Positions 1 through 10,653 are shown, numbered from the stretch's first letter. The stretch is DNA of 64,000 bases from an uncultured virus (IMG/VR IMGVR_UViG_3300045940_000149) (IMGVR_UViG_3300045940_000149); one strand, 5' to 3'. The notes: generated from the sequence alone by a model not told the origin. Made by a program: numbers and translations.

Positions 1-971
1 AAGACGTACGGCGATGCGCGGATCGGCTTCTGCTGTGGCGCTTGCTTGCCGCCGTTGGTGTAGGTTTGCTGCTCGCCCCCGCCGTTGGTTGTCACCGGCG
101 CGTCAACAAAATCGGGTATGTCCTCCACGTACTCGTACAGCTCGTCGGCGGTGACACCGAGCGCTGCAATGAGATCGGAAATGTCGCCCTTGGGCGGGCA
201 CTCGGGCCACATCTTGGTGAGGTCGAGGTAGCGCACCCGCTGTGCGACCGGTGCCAGCTCGCGACACACCTGCCGGGCGTGGTCCTGTCCGGGCAAGATC
301 GGGCGGCCGTCCGGGTGGAACATCGGCTCGTTGGTCTTGGGATGGCGCTTCTGCGGATCGTTGTCGGCAATGACGACTACGTCCGCGCCGTGGAAGAACT
401 TGGTGAGCGCCGGTTTCCACTTGCCAGCACCGCCCGCGTTGCAGGTTGCCGGGACGCCTATGTCCCACAGGCGATCGACATCCTTCTCGCCTTCCGGAAC
501 GAAGACCACCCGGTCCATGTGCTCCAGCAGATCGGGGAGCCGATAGGGCACCTGTCGGACGCCCTTGACAGACCATGTCCACTCGCCGTTCTCGCCCGGC
601 CTTCGTTGCCGGAAGTCCTTGGGCTCGAAGCGGACCACCTGAAAGAGCAGATTGCGGTTCTCGTCCGGGTAGTCGTAGGTGGCGACGATGGTGCCTGCAG
701 ACTGGCGGTCGCGACCGTTGGGCGCAGTGTGGCCGTGCTGCTCCAGCCACTGCATGCGCTCGTCGCCCTGCAATCCGGTCTCGCGCGTGATCAGATCGAG
801 GACGCCGCCGCCCTGCCCCAGCTCATGGTCGTGCCAGATTCCCTTCTTGAGATCGATGGCGAGCGATCCGCGGCTGCCGTAGCGCAGCTCGCTCTTCGTT
901 GACAGCTTCTTGTTGGGTTCACCGAGCAGTTCTCGCGCGACCGGCTCGATCAACCCGGAGAGATCGATCAT
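1..971 (-). CDS. Phage primase, TOPRIM domain (runs off window edge)
   Basis: Manual translation MIDLSGLIEPVARELLG...VFVPEGEKDVD...VVVIADND; absent from the ORF track because it has no stop in the window. Confidence 0.8.
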   Translation of the reverse strand, partial: MIDLSGLIEPVARELLGEPNKKLSTKSELRYGSRGSLAIDLKKGIWHDHELGQGGGVLDLITRETGLQGDERMQWLEQHGHTAPNGRDRQSAGTIVATYDYPDENRNLLFQVVRFEPKDFRQRRPGENGEWTWSVKGVRQVPYRLPDLLEHMDRVVFVPEGEKDVDRLWDIGVPATCNAGGAGKWKPALTKFFHGADVVVIADNDPQKRHPKTNEPMFHPDGRPILPGQDHARQVCRELAPVAQRVRYLDLTKMWPECPPKGDISDLIAALGVTADELYEYVEDIPDFVDAPVTTNGGGEQQTYTNGGKQAPQQKPIRASPYV

Positions 972-1503
972 CAATTACTCCGGACCGAAACATTGGCGTC
1001 ACTTCGAGTGCCATCTTGGGCTCGAACAGCGAGCAGGTGTAATGCCAGAGCGCGAGCGCATCGCCAGCATTGTCGTCATGCGGCGACCAGCCCAGCATCC
1101 GGCACATCTGCATGACTTCCTGCTTCGCTTCCGCGCGCTTGCACGTGCGATCGTTGATGAAATGTCCGCGCACGTCGCCGGTGCTGGCCTCGCGGATATC
1201 GACCACATTGCGGCAGCGTGCCACCGCCTTGAAGATCGCCGGTAGGCCATAGAGCACATCGAGCGTATGCTTGGTGGTCTTCCCGCGCACGAAGGTCGGC
1301 GGCAGCTTGGCCTCCATGGTGATCAAGGTGATGCCGGGCTGCGCCTTCAGGAAATTCGAGAACCACACCAGCCCGTGCATGAAGATCGACTCGTGCGAGC
1401 ATCCTGCAGAGCCGAAGGTGGTCGAGCCATAGATCGGAGCATCGCCCGGTGTGCCGATCGCCCAGCCGGTGGTCTTGGCGGGATCGAGGGCGAGGATGAT
1501 CAC
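919..1503 (-). CDS. RuvC-like Holliday junction resolvase
   Basis: IILALDPAKTTGWA, ITMEAK and DDNAGDALAL acidic motifs; GTG start inferred. Confidence 0.7.
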   Translation of the reverse strand: MIILALDPAKTTGWAIGTPGDAPIYGSTTFGSAGCSHESIFMHGLVWFSNFLKAQPGITLITMEAKLPPTFVRGKTTKHTLDVLYGLPAIFKAVARCRNVVDIREASTGDVRGHFINDRTCKRAEAKQEVMQMCRMLGWSPHDDNAGDALALWHYTCSLFEPKMALEVTPMFRSGVIDDRSLRVDRAGRARTAR

Positions 1504-1543
1504 GCCTTGCTTGCAAGCACTGCTTGATGGCATGTTATCGGGC

Positions 1544-1852
1544 ATGACGATTCTCGACACGCTCGCCATCGCCCGCGGTCTGCGGGATGCCGGTTTCGAC
1601 GAGAAGCAGGCGGAAGCGCTCACCAACGCCGTGCGTCAGGCCAGCGGCATTCCGGACATCTCGCATCTGGCCACCAAGGCCGATCTCGACAATCTGCGGA
1701 TAGCAACCAAGGCCGACCTCGCCGCCGGTCTCGCCGAATTGAAGGCCGACCTGCAGCGCTGGACAATCTCGCTCATTCTGCCCGCACTCGGCATCAATGC
1801 CGTGATCGTGCTCGGCGCGATGTACGGGCTGGCGAAGCTGCTCGGACATTAG
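1544..1852 (+). CDS. DUF1640/CCDC90-like coiled-coil membrane-anchored protein
   Basis: DTLAIARGLRDAGFDEKQAEAL, ATKADL twice, C-terminal hydrophobic helix. Confidence 0.7.
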   Translation: MTILDTLAIARGLRDAGFDEKQAEALTNAVRQASGIPDISHLATKADLDNLRIATKADLAAGLAELKADLQRWTISLILPALGINAVIVLGAMYGLAKLLGH

Positions 1853-2458
1853 CCGTCCTTCCCCTGCTTGATCGCCATCTCGTTCAGCAGATATTCGCGC
1901 TGGCCGGGCTCGATCGCGGGGCGTGCGTTCAACCTCTGCAGCTCGGCCTGAAGCTGCGCATAGGACATCGACTTGTAGAACGGCTCCCACCAGCGCCGGT
2001 CACTTGCGCTCACAGTGCTTCTCCCATTCCGCCACCAGCCGCTCGGCCATGCTGCGCGGCAGCAGGATCGAGCCCAGCGGTGCGCCGCTGTTCGGCAACC
2101 GGTAGGCCAGATCGGCCTTCACCTTCTCGATCACCAGCGGCTGATCGGTCATGCCGACAAATCCTCAAGCTCGTTTACTCGCTTGGTAAGCTCTGCGGCT
2201 GCATCGCCATCAGCAGGAAAGAGATGCACGTAGCCACCATGAATATCGAGCAGGTCTTCCGCCCAACGCACCAGCCGCGGCATGTTCTCGTCGGTGAGCG
2301 TGATTGGTCCAATGAAGTCCACGCCGTACTTCAAATCGGGGCCACCAAAATGCACGGCCACAACACGTTCCGAATCGCCAGCGAAGTCAACGCCAAATCC
2401 CCATGCGCCCGGCCATGGATTATCTGGAATTCGGTCTGGAAAATTGCGTGACATGGTT

Positions 2459-3706
2459 CTACTCCGCAGCCTCTTGAAGCTCATTGCCCCATGCGTCCCA
2501 TCCCTCGAACCGCTCGCGAGCAAACAACTCGATCCGCGGCAAGGTCGGGAACATGGTCTCGATCATTTCGTGGACAGCAAACGGCTTGGCGCTGTGCTTC
2601 CCACGCGGTGCCGTGAATGCCGATTCGTATTGCTCGCCCGGTGCCGGTGCTGGAATGCTGCCGCGCACGCCGATCAACAGATGTTCGTGCTTGTTCTTGT
2701 TCCAGAAGCCGGTCCCGGCCTTGTCCTTGGTCCAGACGAAATTGCTCTTGTAGGTAAAACCCCACGCCTTGAGCACGTCGATCGCCACGTCGAGCATCGG
2801 CACCGTCGCCCATAAGAAGAGAACACAGTCGCTCGCTGCGGGCACCGCCAGTCGCTTGATCGCTTCGGTGTCCATGGTCGGGTAGTGATTGTCTGCAGCC
2901 CGATCCATGCCAGTATCGTCGCTGTACGGCTCGAACTTCCATGGCGGGTCGGCGTAGATCACGCCGTACCGCTTCTCTGGCAATGCTGTGATCTTGTCGC
3001 CCAATTCGAGTTCACGTTGCTGACGCTTCCGCTTCTTTGACGCACTCTTCGCATCAACCTTCTCCCCAGCCTTGGCTCGCTCGGCGAGCTGGCGCTGCTC
3101 GTCGTGAGGCAACTTCGCCAGCGCGTCGAGCTGTTCGCTAGTGTCGAGGCACGTACCGGTGATCTCCGGCAGAACGACAATGTTCTCGCCGCGGTGAACG
3201 TCGCGAGCGACACTGCTTCGACCCCGACGCGTCTTCTTGGCGGTGTCGGCGACGAAGGTTGAAGTCTCATTTTGAGATTTATACTTGCCGCCCTTGCCGG
3301 TGCGCTTGCCGGGTCTGCCGCCCCGCTTCGTCTCCGGGTGCAGCTTTTCGTACAGCGGCTTGCGTGCCGCGACATGAGCCGCGCGTTCCGCCAGCGTCAG
3401 ATCAGCCCGGATCAGGTTCTCGTCGATCTCGGCGAGTAGCGCAGCATCTGCTTCGAGACCGTTGACGATCGAGCAGCGGATCGAATCCCACTTGAGCTTC
3501 CGTGCCGCTTCGAGACGATGACGACCGGCGATCAGATAGTGCCCGATGCTCTCCGCTGGCCGTATGACGATCGGCTGCAACAAGCCGTTGGCGGCCATCG
3601 ATTTAGCAAGCTCGTCGATGACTTCCGGCCGTAGTCCGCGCATACGGCGGGGAAGCACCGCGATGCCGGACAAGCCGACATCGCGGGTTTCGGGGCCTTT
3701 AGACAA
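2459..3706 (-). CDS. ParB N-terminal domain fused to MT-A70-family adenine methyltransferase
   Basis: GLLQPIVIR..LIAGRHRLEA..ENLIRADL; IYADPPW..HYPTM..LFLWAT..HSAKP..RIELFAR. Confidence 0.85.
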   Translation of the reverse strand: MSKGPETRDVGLSGIAVLPRRMRGLRPEVIDELAKSMAANGLLQPIVIRPAESIGHYLIAGRHRLEAARKLKWDSIRCSIVNGLEADAALLAEIDENLIRADLTLAERAAHVAARKPLYEKLHPETKRGGRPGKRTGKGGKYKSQNETSTFVADTAKKTRRGRSSVARDVHRGENIVVLPEITGTCLDTSEQLDALAKLPHDEQRQLAERAKAGEKVDAKSASKKRKRQQRELELGDKITALPEKRYGVIYADPPWKFEPYSDDTGMDRAADNHYPTMDTEAIKRLAVPAASDCVLFLWATVPMLDVAIDVLKAWGFTYKSNFVWTKDKAGTGFWNKNKHEHLLIGVRGSIPAPAPGEQYESAFTAPRGKHSAKPFAVHEMIETMFPTLPRIELFARERFEGWDAWGNELQEAAE

Positions 3707-4586
3707 CCGGGAAATCCTTGCCGTCGGTCCAATTGAGTCGCTGTGCCGTCACGGTCTGCCCCGCGCGGTAACAGTTGAACGCCTGAATGATCAACGCATG
3801 AGTCTGCAGCTCATGCAGCCGTCCCATCTGTTGCTTGCGCAGATTGTTCAGGCGATCGGCCAGCTTGCGCCCGCCGCGCTCGCGCTTTTCGAGATCCAGC
3901 GCGAACTTCTTCGTTGTGCGATGGTCCGTCGCTTCGAAGCGATAGAACAGTGCCGCCAGCGCACCAATCGGAAACGGCTTGCCCATTACCATGGCGCGCT
4001 CGACCGCCTCATCTAGTTTTGCTCGGTCGATGCGGTTCCGCAAATAATCGAGCAAGGCGGCATTGTCGATCGCTGTGCCGCGCTCGGGGGGTGCGGGATC
4101 GTTCTCGTAAATCATGATCCAGCGCACCGCCGGGGCGGATACTCTGGCGTGAGCAACACCCTCGATCTTGAAGGCATCTGCCCCCGTACGCGTCGCGCCA
4201 GTGTCAATCACCATGAAGGCACGATCATCAACACCGAAGACTACATGCGTCCGAAACGGCTTGTCGGCATGGACGCAGGCGAACAGGCGGTTCTGCCCGT
4301 CCTTGAGCGCTTCCGATTTGCCGAACTTGATCGTATCACCGGTCAATCGCCAGCAATCGTTCGCCATGAATTCGGCGAATCGCCGGATCTTCGCAGGTCT
4401 CTTGCCGCGATTGTTGCCATTGAGTTCGTCCAGAATCTTCTGCGCAATCCCGGGAACGATCGTGATGATCCGGCTGTTCTCGGGTGGATTGTGAATCAGC
4501 GACTCAAGCACCGACCATTGCTTCGCCAATGAAGCATTGGGGTCTATGATTCGCGGCTCCTGCTTCAGTAGAGTTGGTTGCGCCAT
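3699..4586 (-). CDS. ParB/Srx-fold-like protein
   Basis: GDTIKF..LKDGQNRL motif resembling DGQHR. Confidence 0.5.
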   Translation of the reverse strand: MAQPTLLKQEPRIIDPNASLAKQWSVLESLIHNPPENSRIITIVPGIAQKILDELNGNNRGKRPAKIRRFAEFMANDCWRLTGDTIKFGKSEALKDGQNRLFACVHADKPFRTHVVFGVDDRAFMVIDTGATRTGADAFKIEGVAHARVSAPAVRWIMIYENDPAPPERGTAIDNAALLDYLRNRIDRAKLDEAVERAMVMGKPFPIGALAALFYRFEATDHRTTKKFALDLEKRERGGRKLADRLNNLRKQQMGRLHELQTHALIIQAFNCYRAGQTVTAQRLNWTDGKDFPVV

Positions 4587-4725
4587 GACGGCTTCTCCGT
4601 TGATGCTGCCATCTGCGCCCCGGCAGCGTAGGGCTCGCACCGCCTTTTGAGCGGTGTTCCATCAATCGATCATGCTTGGCAGTGCGGGCACCGCATCTCA
4701 CCCGCCCCGACGATTGAAAGAAGTT

Positions 4726-5100
4726 CTAGCTGTGCAGGCTGTCGAGCGCTTCGCCGTGCCGGGCACTATCAAGCGCAGCTTGCCCCAGCGGCGTGTTGCC
4801 GAAATCGCCGAGCGCTTCCTCCAGCATGGTGAGCGTCATGCGCTCGTCGGCTTCGAGGTCAGCTTTCGTCTGCTCAATCTTGCGCTCAAGCTCGCGAGTT
4901 CGAATCAAGGCGCGCAATTCTTTCTTGGGGATGCTGGCATCCTTGGCGCGCTCGTAAGCTGCGGTTATCCCTTCGCGAATGCCGCGACAGCGTTGCATGT
5001 ACGATCCCCTTTCGGACAGCAGATCGGCCATACAACTCTCGATTTGCCCGACGATGCTCTTCAGCATCTCTTCGTCGTAGCCGTTGCCCTTGGTGGTCAT
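4726..5100 (-). CDS. GapR-like (DUF2312) nucleoid-associated protein
   Basis: LKSIVGQIE..AYERAKDASIPKKELRALIRTR..LEEALG..TPLG pattern. Confidence 0.6.
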   Translation of the reverse strand: MTTKGNGYDEEMLKSIVGQIESCMADLLSERGSYMQRCRGIREGITAAYERAKDASIPKKELRALIRTRELERKIEQTKADLEADERMTLTMLEEALGDFGNTPLGQAALDSARHGEALDSLHS

Positions 5101-5221
5101 GCTCGAACCCTCCATACGCATTTGTGATGAGGCGATCGCTGTAAGCACTCCTTGACGGCATCCGCTGAATTGATGTACGCCGTGGGCAACTAGGACAAAA
5201 TGACCGATGGGGCGTTATGTC

Positions 5222-5473
5222 CTAATCGGCAGGGAATACGTCAGGACGCACTTGGTGAAGCGAGAGGCCGAGTACCCGCGCGACAATCGCAGCGCGCTTG
5301 GCCGGAACACCACCAAGACGATTCTTCCAATCGAAGACCGCCTGCGAGGTCAGCGGTTGTCCTGCTTCCTCGCAGGCGGCGACGATGGCCCGCCGCACCT
5401 TCGGGTTCGTCATGATCAGGTCCATGACCGGATTGGTTACGGTTTTTTTAGGCTTCTTCCGCTTGCTGGCCAT
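5222..5473 (-). CDS. cro: Cro/YdaS-like regulator
   Basis: 83 aa, LTSQAVFDW..VPAKRA..VRPDVF; divergent from the repressor. Confidence 0.7.
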   Translation of the reverse strand: MASKRKKPKKTVTNPVMDLIMTNPKVRRAIVAACEEAGQPLTSQAVFDWKNRLGGVPAKRAAIVARVLGLSLHQVRPDVFPAD

Positions 5474-5480
5474 CGCTGCT

Positions 5481-5509
5481 CGGTCCCCGGAGATTGCCTT
5501 GCGGGACCG
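5481..5509. promoter_or_regulatory. Candidate operator in cro-cI intergenic region
   Basis: Inverted repeat CGGTCCC-N15-GGGACCG. Confidence 0.35.
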
Positions 5510-5533
5510 TAAGCTCGCCTATCGGGTTTCGCA

Positions 5534-6157
5534 ATGACCAGCGTCCAGATCAACGGAGAACGCTTTGGATCGCGCCTGCGTCGGCTGCGCGAAGCCCACA
5601 AGGCTTCCCAGCATGACCTCGCCAAGGAAGTCGGCTGCACCCGCGCGGCAATCAGCCAGTACGAGAACAATCAATACTTCCCGAACAAAGAAACGCTGGC
5701 GAAGATCCTGAACGTCTACGGCGCGACCTACGAATGGTTGGTCAATGGCCGTGGCCCACTACCGGAAATACTGGAGAGCGCCGCCAAGCTGGAGGTCGGC
5801 GTCGAGGCCACACCCGCCAAGCTGCGCTGGATCACCGGCAGGGACGTGAGCATCATCGTCGCCCCCAACACCATCGACCCGATCCTCGAAGGCGACGTGC
5901 TGTTTGTCGATATGGCCCAGCGGCAAATCAACGGGCAGGGCTGGTGGATTATCGAGATCAAGGAGACCGGACGCGTGGTCACCCGCGCCCGGCTCACCCA
6001 AACCGAGACCGGCGATGCCTCACTGCAGTTGGCCATCGCCGACAATTGGATCGTGCCCGCCGGTGCCGGGCGCACCGTCATCGGCCGAATCATCGGCATG
6101 TTCCGGGCGATCGACCAGTCGATGATGACTATCCACAGCCAAGCCAAGCCCCTGTGA
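5534..6157 (+). CDS. cI: CI-like XRE HTH repressor with degenerate S24-like C-terminal domain
   Basis: RLRRLREAHKASQHDLAKEVGCTRAAISQYE..YEWLVNG; PILEGDVLFVD..VIGRIIG. Confidence 0.75.
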   Translation: MTSVQINGERFGSRLRRLREAHKASQHDLAKEVGCTRAAISQYENNQYFPNKETLAKILNVYGATYEWLVNGRGPLPEILESAAKLEVGVEATPAKLRWITGRDVSIIVAPNTIDPILEGDVLFVDMAQRQINGQGWWIIEIKETGRVVTRARLTQTETGDASLQLAIADNWIVPAGAGRTVIGRIIGMFRAIDQSMMTIHSQAKPL

Positions 6158-6722
6158 ATTTTTTTTGACTGATCGATGACGGCCGGACCCATGGGTTCCG
6201 GCATGCAACCCGTTGTTTACGCCAACATTATACAAGTTGCCAACAGCAACTAACGCAACCCATTACCGCCGCAAGGTTCCATTAAGCACACCTTGACAGA
6301 ACCCCGTGGCGGGTTCAGTCTGGCGCGTCAAGTCGAAATCAACGGCAAGTTCATCGTTTTCGCAGCCCCGCCTGCGAGAACGGCCGGAAGCCATTCGGGC
6401 CTCCGGTGGCCCGGCGATGGGGCGCGAGGCTGGTCTGGATTACCGCGCGCCGCTGTCGCCGGGCTTTCGTTGTGTCTGTTATGTAAGAGTGGCTGACCAA
6501 TGCCAGCGTATCATCGGCCATTGCAGCAGCGCGAGCACGCCCGGCGGACCTTCTCGCGCGCCTCCGAAGCCCAGCCGCACGACGTGTGGACCGCGACCTC
6601 CGATCGCGAAGAGCTGGTCGAGATCACCGACAAATTCCTGAAGCGGCTGAGCGCCGAGCGCTGCCCGGCGATCGTCGAGCGCGAGCGACGAAGGAAGGCA
6701 TCATAGAAGGAGATCCAATCCG

Positions 6723-7559
6723 ATGACGACGTTCGACTCCGTTGCTGAGCCAGCCACCATTGAACCGCCACCGGTGCGCCGCAGCCGAAAAAAGTCAAAA
6801 CCAGATCCTGTTTTCGAGCTGCTGAACAGTCACGCCCACCGGGAATTCATGGAGATCGACAAGCGCATGCTGCTTGTGCCGGTCGAGGACTACCAACGCA
6901 ACGAAGCCGATGGACGGATCTCAACCGAAATTGCCATGCACTACGACCTTGTTGCGTTCTCTTGTCTGCTGGTCATCAAGCGGACGAACGGTGATCTGAT
7001 GGTTGCCGATGGCGGTACGCGCCTGTCCGGAGCACTGAAGCGATCGGACATCACGACTGTGCCGTGCTTGGTATTTTCCGGTCTCACCGAAAAAGAAGAA
7101 GCCGATGTATTCCTGCGCATCAACAACAACCGACGCCGCCTGCAGGTCGAGCAGTTGCATCACGCCGAGTTATTTTCCGATCACGATCTTGCGATACGGT
7201 CACAGCGATTGATCGACCGTCTGCGCAATCACGGGATCGGGTTCGACTCGTTGTCCGGCATGCGATACTGCGTGCGATCGAATATGTCCGCGATCGACAC
7301 GGTCGTCATGATCCTGACTCAGACCATCACCGATCGGCACGTTACCGCACGGGTGATGAAAGGGCTGTTCACCTTGGAAGTCACCATGCGTCGCCAAGAC
7401 AAGACGCTGGCCAAGCGTTCGACAATGAACCGGATCGCCAATACGTTCGGGACGTTCGATGCGGTAGTCAACGCCGTGATCAAACCTCGCACCGCCGGAC
7501 ACGGTGCCGATATGGCCAAAGCGCTGGCTAAGACGCTGCGCATTACCGGAGTGTTCTGA
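6723..7559 (+). CDS. ParB/Srx-like protein (DUF6551-like)
   Basis: DYQR..VADGGTRL..VPCLVF..EEADVFLRIN. Confidence 0.55.
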   Translation: MTTFDSVAEPATIEPPPVRRSRKKSKPDPVFELLNSHAHREFMEIDKRMLLVPVEDYQRNEADGRISTEIAMHYDLVAFSCLLVIKRTNGDLMVADGGTRLSGALKRSDITTVPCLVFSGLTEKEEADVFLRINNNRRRLQVEQLHHAELFSDHDLAIRSQRLIDRLRNHGIGFDSLSGMRYCVRSNMSAIDTVVMILTQTITDRHVTARVMKGLFTLEVTMRRQDKTLAKRSTMNRIANTFGTFDAVVNAVIKPRTAGHGADMAKALAKTLRITGVF

Positions 7560-8260
7560 TGCAGTGCGAGCGGACCATCGATATCAAAGTGCATTCTGTC
7601 AGTTGCAGCGACGAGGATCGTCACCTGCCGCCGACCAAGGAAGCAATCGAAGCGATGAAAGAGTCGCTGACAGCGCACGGCCAGATTCTACCGATCGGTG
7701 TCTATCCAGTTGCCCGCAACAGCTATCGGCTGATCGTCGGCGCGACCAGATTCCGTGCGGCTTCCGAACTAGGATGGGAGAACATCCGCGCTTCCATCTG
7801 GATCGGCACTACGCTCGAATTCCAATTGTATGAGCTGGTCGAAAACGTCAATCGTCGCGAGCTGACCGGCAAACAACGCAGGGAAATGCGTGCCAAGATC
7901 AAGGATCTTCAACGCCAGCGGCTCGCTAATGTCGAACCGTCGAAGGGCGGACGTGGACATAGGGGTGGAGTGAGCGAGGCGGCAAGGCAAGCCGGTGTTT
8001 CTGAAACAACTGCCCGACGCCGTAGAACCGAAACACAGACCGAAACCAAACCTCGCCAGAATACAACGAGTGGCGAGGTTTCCGCCGTCGCCAAGTCACG
8101 ACAACAAAGGGAACAAAAGATTACATCCAGTCTGCCGATCGAGGAATTCAGTCGCTTCAAAGCCCTATGCGACCAGCTCAAGCTGAATATTGCTGATGGA
8201 GTTCGTTATTGCATTCGCGCCGAGCTTGATCATCGCATCCCACGGCAAGCTGCAGAATGA
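7559..8260 (+). CDS. ParB-like protein with HTH
   Basis: HGQILPIGV..YRLIVGATRFRA..ELVENVNRRELT; VSEAARQAGVSETTARR. Confidence 0.7.
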   Translation: MQCERTIDIKVHSVSCSDEDRHLPPTKEAIEAMKESLTAHGQILPIGVYPVARNSYRLIVGATRFRAASELGWENIRASIWIGTTLEFQLYELVENVNRRELTGKQRREMRAKIKDLQRQRLANVEPSKGGRGHRGGVSEAARQAGVSETTARRRRTETQTETKPRQNTTSGEVSAVAKSRQQREQKITSSLPIEEFSRFKALCDQLKLNIADGVRYCIRAELDHRIPRQAAE

Positions 8261-9204
8261 GCAAACGTCGCCACCGTCCCAAGATCGAGAAGCGCCCGAT
8301 CGTGTCGCGGGACGAGTGGCTGGCGTGGCACAAGCAGGACATCACTGCCAGCGTGGTCTCGGCCTTGTGGGGGCTGCATCCGCGCGAGACCGCCGCCGGA
8401 CTGTGGGCCAAGCTCACCGGCGTCGATCTCGGACCGGACGACGAGAACTCCGAGCTGCTGGAGCGCGGTCAGGATCTCGAAGTGGTGGTCGGCCGGAAAT
8501 TCCTGCACCGCCACCCCGGCTGGAAGGTGTTCGCCGCCAAGCACTACTACCGGATCGCAGCGCTGCGTCTCGGCGCGACCCCGGACTTCCACGTGATCAA
8601 GCCGGACGGGAAGAAGGGCGTGCTGCAGGCCAAGACCGTGAACCCGAGCACCTTCCGCACCAAGTGGACAGACGAGACGCCCCCGATGTGGATCATGCTG
8701 CAGACCCTGACCGAGATGATGCTGACCAGAAGCGAATTCGGGATCATCGCAGCGCTGGAGATCGGCGACTTCCGCTACCGGCTGCACACCTACGAAGTGC
8801 CGCGGCACGAAGGGGCCGAGCGCCGGATCGAGGACGCGGTGCGCGAGTTCTGGCTGCACGTCGATGCAGGCAACGAGCCAGTGATCGACTACCAGCGCGA
8901 TAGCGCATTGATCGCCGCCATGTACCCGCGGCATGCGCCCGACAAGATCGCCGACCTGCGCTACGACAACTCGCTGCCCGGCCTGCTCGACGAGCGCGAG
9001 GCGTTGAAGGCCACGCTCGACCGCGCCGGTGAGCGCAAGGATGAGATCGATACCGAGCTGAAGGCCAAGATGAAGGACGCCGAGATCGCGCTGGTCAACG
9101 GCTGGCGGATCTCCAACAAGACCATCGACAAGAAGGAACACACCGTCAGGGCAACCAGCTATCGGCAGTTGCGGGTGGTGCGCGAGCAGGGAGAAGCAGC
9201 GTGA
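8257..9204 (+). CDS. YqaJ/lambda-Exo-like exonuclease
   Basis: EWLAWHKQDITAS, ERGQDLE, LGATPDF, LQAKT. Confidence 0.8.
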   Translation: MSKRRHRPKIEKRPIVSRDEWLAWHKQDITASVVSALWGLHPRETAAGLWAKLTGVDLGPDDENSELLERGQDLEVVVGRKFLHRHPGWKVFAAKHYYRIAALRLGATPDFHVIKPDGKKGVLQAKTVNPSTFRTKWTDETPPMWIMLQTLTEMMLTRSEFGIIAALEIGDFRYRLHTYEVPRHEGAERRIEDAVREFWLHVDAGNEPVIDYQRDSALIAAMYPRHAPDKIADLRYDNSLPGLLDEREALKATLDRAGERKDEIDTELKAKMKDAEIALVNGWRISNKTIDKKEHTVRATSYRQLRVVREQGEAA

Positions 9205-9615
9205 GAGCGATCGACAAGCTGCATTGCGTTCAGCGTGAGCTGCGCTGGCGGTACAAGGTGTTCCCCAAGCGCGTCAACGACAAAAAGATGACGCAGGCGC
9301 AAGCCGACCGCGAGATCAAGCTGATGGAAGAGATCGCCGCCGACTATCGCAAACAGGTCGAGGAAGAGACCCCGGGGTTGCCGGTATGAGCAAGGACGAT
9401 CCCCGCTACGGCCCGCAGATCGTGCCCGGCCGCGCCACCCGGATCGGCGTCGCATACTGCGGAGGCCCGGAATGCGGACTGCCGCACATCGTGCTCTACG
9501 ACGAGAACGGGCACGGTTACGCCGACGCCGTCATCGACGAGGCGATCATGCGCTCGCTGGTCAAGGAGCTGGAGAAAGCATTCGAGCGCGGACTGAAACA
9601 CTGAGAGAGGTCAGT

Positions 9616-10653
9616 ATGAGTACGCAGGAAATCACCGTTGTCAACGCGGGCGCAATCAAGGCACTGCGCGAAAATCTCCACAAGATGACAGACCAGTTTC
9701 GGTTTGCTCTGCCCGCGCACATCCCGCCCGAGCGGTTCATTCGGGTCGTGCTCACCGCGGTGCAGAACAATCCGAAACTGCTCAAGTGCTCGCACCAGAG
9801 CCTGTTCAACGCATGCATGAAGGCGGCACAGGACGGCTTGCTGCCGGACGGTCGCGAGGGTGCGATCGTGCCCTATGGCGACGACGGTCCAGATCAGGCG
9901 CAGTGGCTCCCGATGGTGTACGGCATCCGCAAGAAGGTGAGGAATTCCGGCGCGCTGTCCGATTGGAATTGTCAGGTCGTGCAGGAAGGTGACGCGTTCG
10001 ATTATCAGCTCGGCGATTCGCCCTACATCCATCACAAGCCTGCAGCAAAGGGTGGCCGCACGCGTCCGGTGCTGTTCGCTTACTCGGTGGCGAAGTTCCC
10101 CGATGGCTCGCTCAGTCGCGAGGTCATGAACATCGACCAGATCCGCGACATCCAGAGCAAGAGCAAGGCCAAGCGCGGACCGTGGAGCGATCCCATTTTT
10201 TTCCCTGAAATGTGCCGCAAGACGGTGGCCAAGCTGCACGCCAAGCAGCTCCCCATGTCCACCGATCTCGATCGCCTGCTCCACCGCGACGACGAGCTGT
10301 ACGATCTCAAGGCCGCCAAGGCCGATCGCCGCGACGCCAAACCGCCGTCGTCGGTGGCCGAGATGTTCGACAGCTTCGCCGCCGGTGCCGACGAGTCGGA
10401 CGAGCCCAAGAAGATCGAGGAAGCGCCGCCCAAGGAAGTGCCCAAGGCGGAAGCGCCGAAAGAAGCTGCTGAGCCGGAAGCCAAGGCCGCAGAGCCGGTC
10501 GAGCCGACCGACGCCGAACTCGCCGCCTACCAAGCTGGGACCGACGCCCGCCGCCGGGGCGTCCTTCGCAAGGCGCTGCCCGGCGATCTGCGCACGGCGG
10601 ACAAGACACGCGAGGCGCTGGCGTGGACCAAGGGCTGGGACGAGGCGCAATGA
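9616..10653 (+). CDS. recT: RecT single-strand annealing protein
   Basis: ALPAHIPPERFIRV..AAQDGLLPDGREGAIVPY..EMCRKTV. Confidence 0.88.
   Translation: MSTQEITVVNAGAIKALRENLHKMTDQFRFALPAHIPPERFIRVVLTAVQNNPKLLKCSHQSLFNACMKAAQDGLLPDGREGAIVPYGDDGPDQAQWLPMVYGIRKKVRNSGALSDWNCQVVQEGDAFDYQLGDSPYIHHKPAAKGGRTRPVLFAYSVAKFPDGSLSREVMNIDQIRDIQSKSKAKRGPWSDPIFFPEMCRKTVAKLHAKQLPMSTDLDRLLHRDDELYDLKAAKADRRDAKPPSSVAEMFDSFAAGADESDEPKKIEEAPPKEVPKAEAPKEAAEPEAKAAEPVEPTDAELAAYQAGTDARRRGVLRKALPGDLRTADKTREALAWTKGWDEAQ

Noticed and set aside
451..459. Self-target of spacer AGGCGTCCC (reverse complement GGGACGCCT)
   Set aside because: A lone 9-mer is expected by chance and the partner half is not adjacent; a full self-target search was not possible by eye
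42..902. Plus-strand 286-aa ORF
   Set aside because: Shadow of the minus-strand primase
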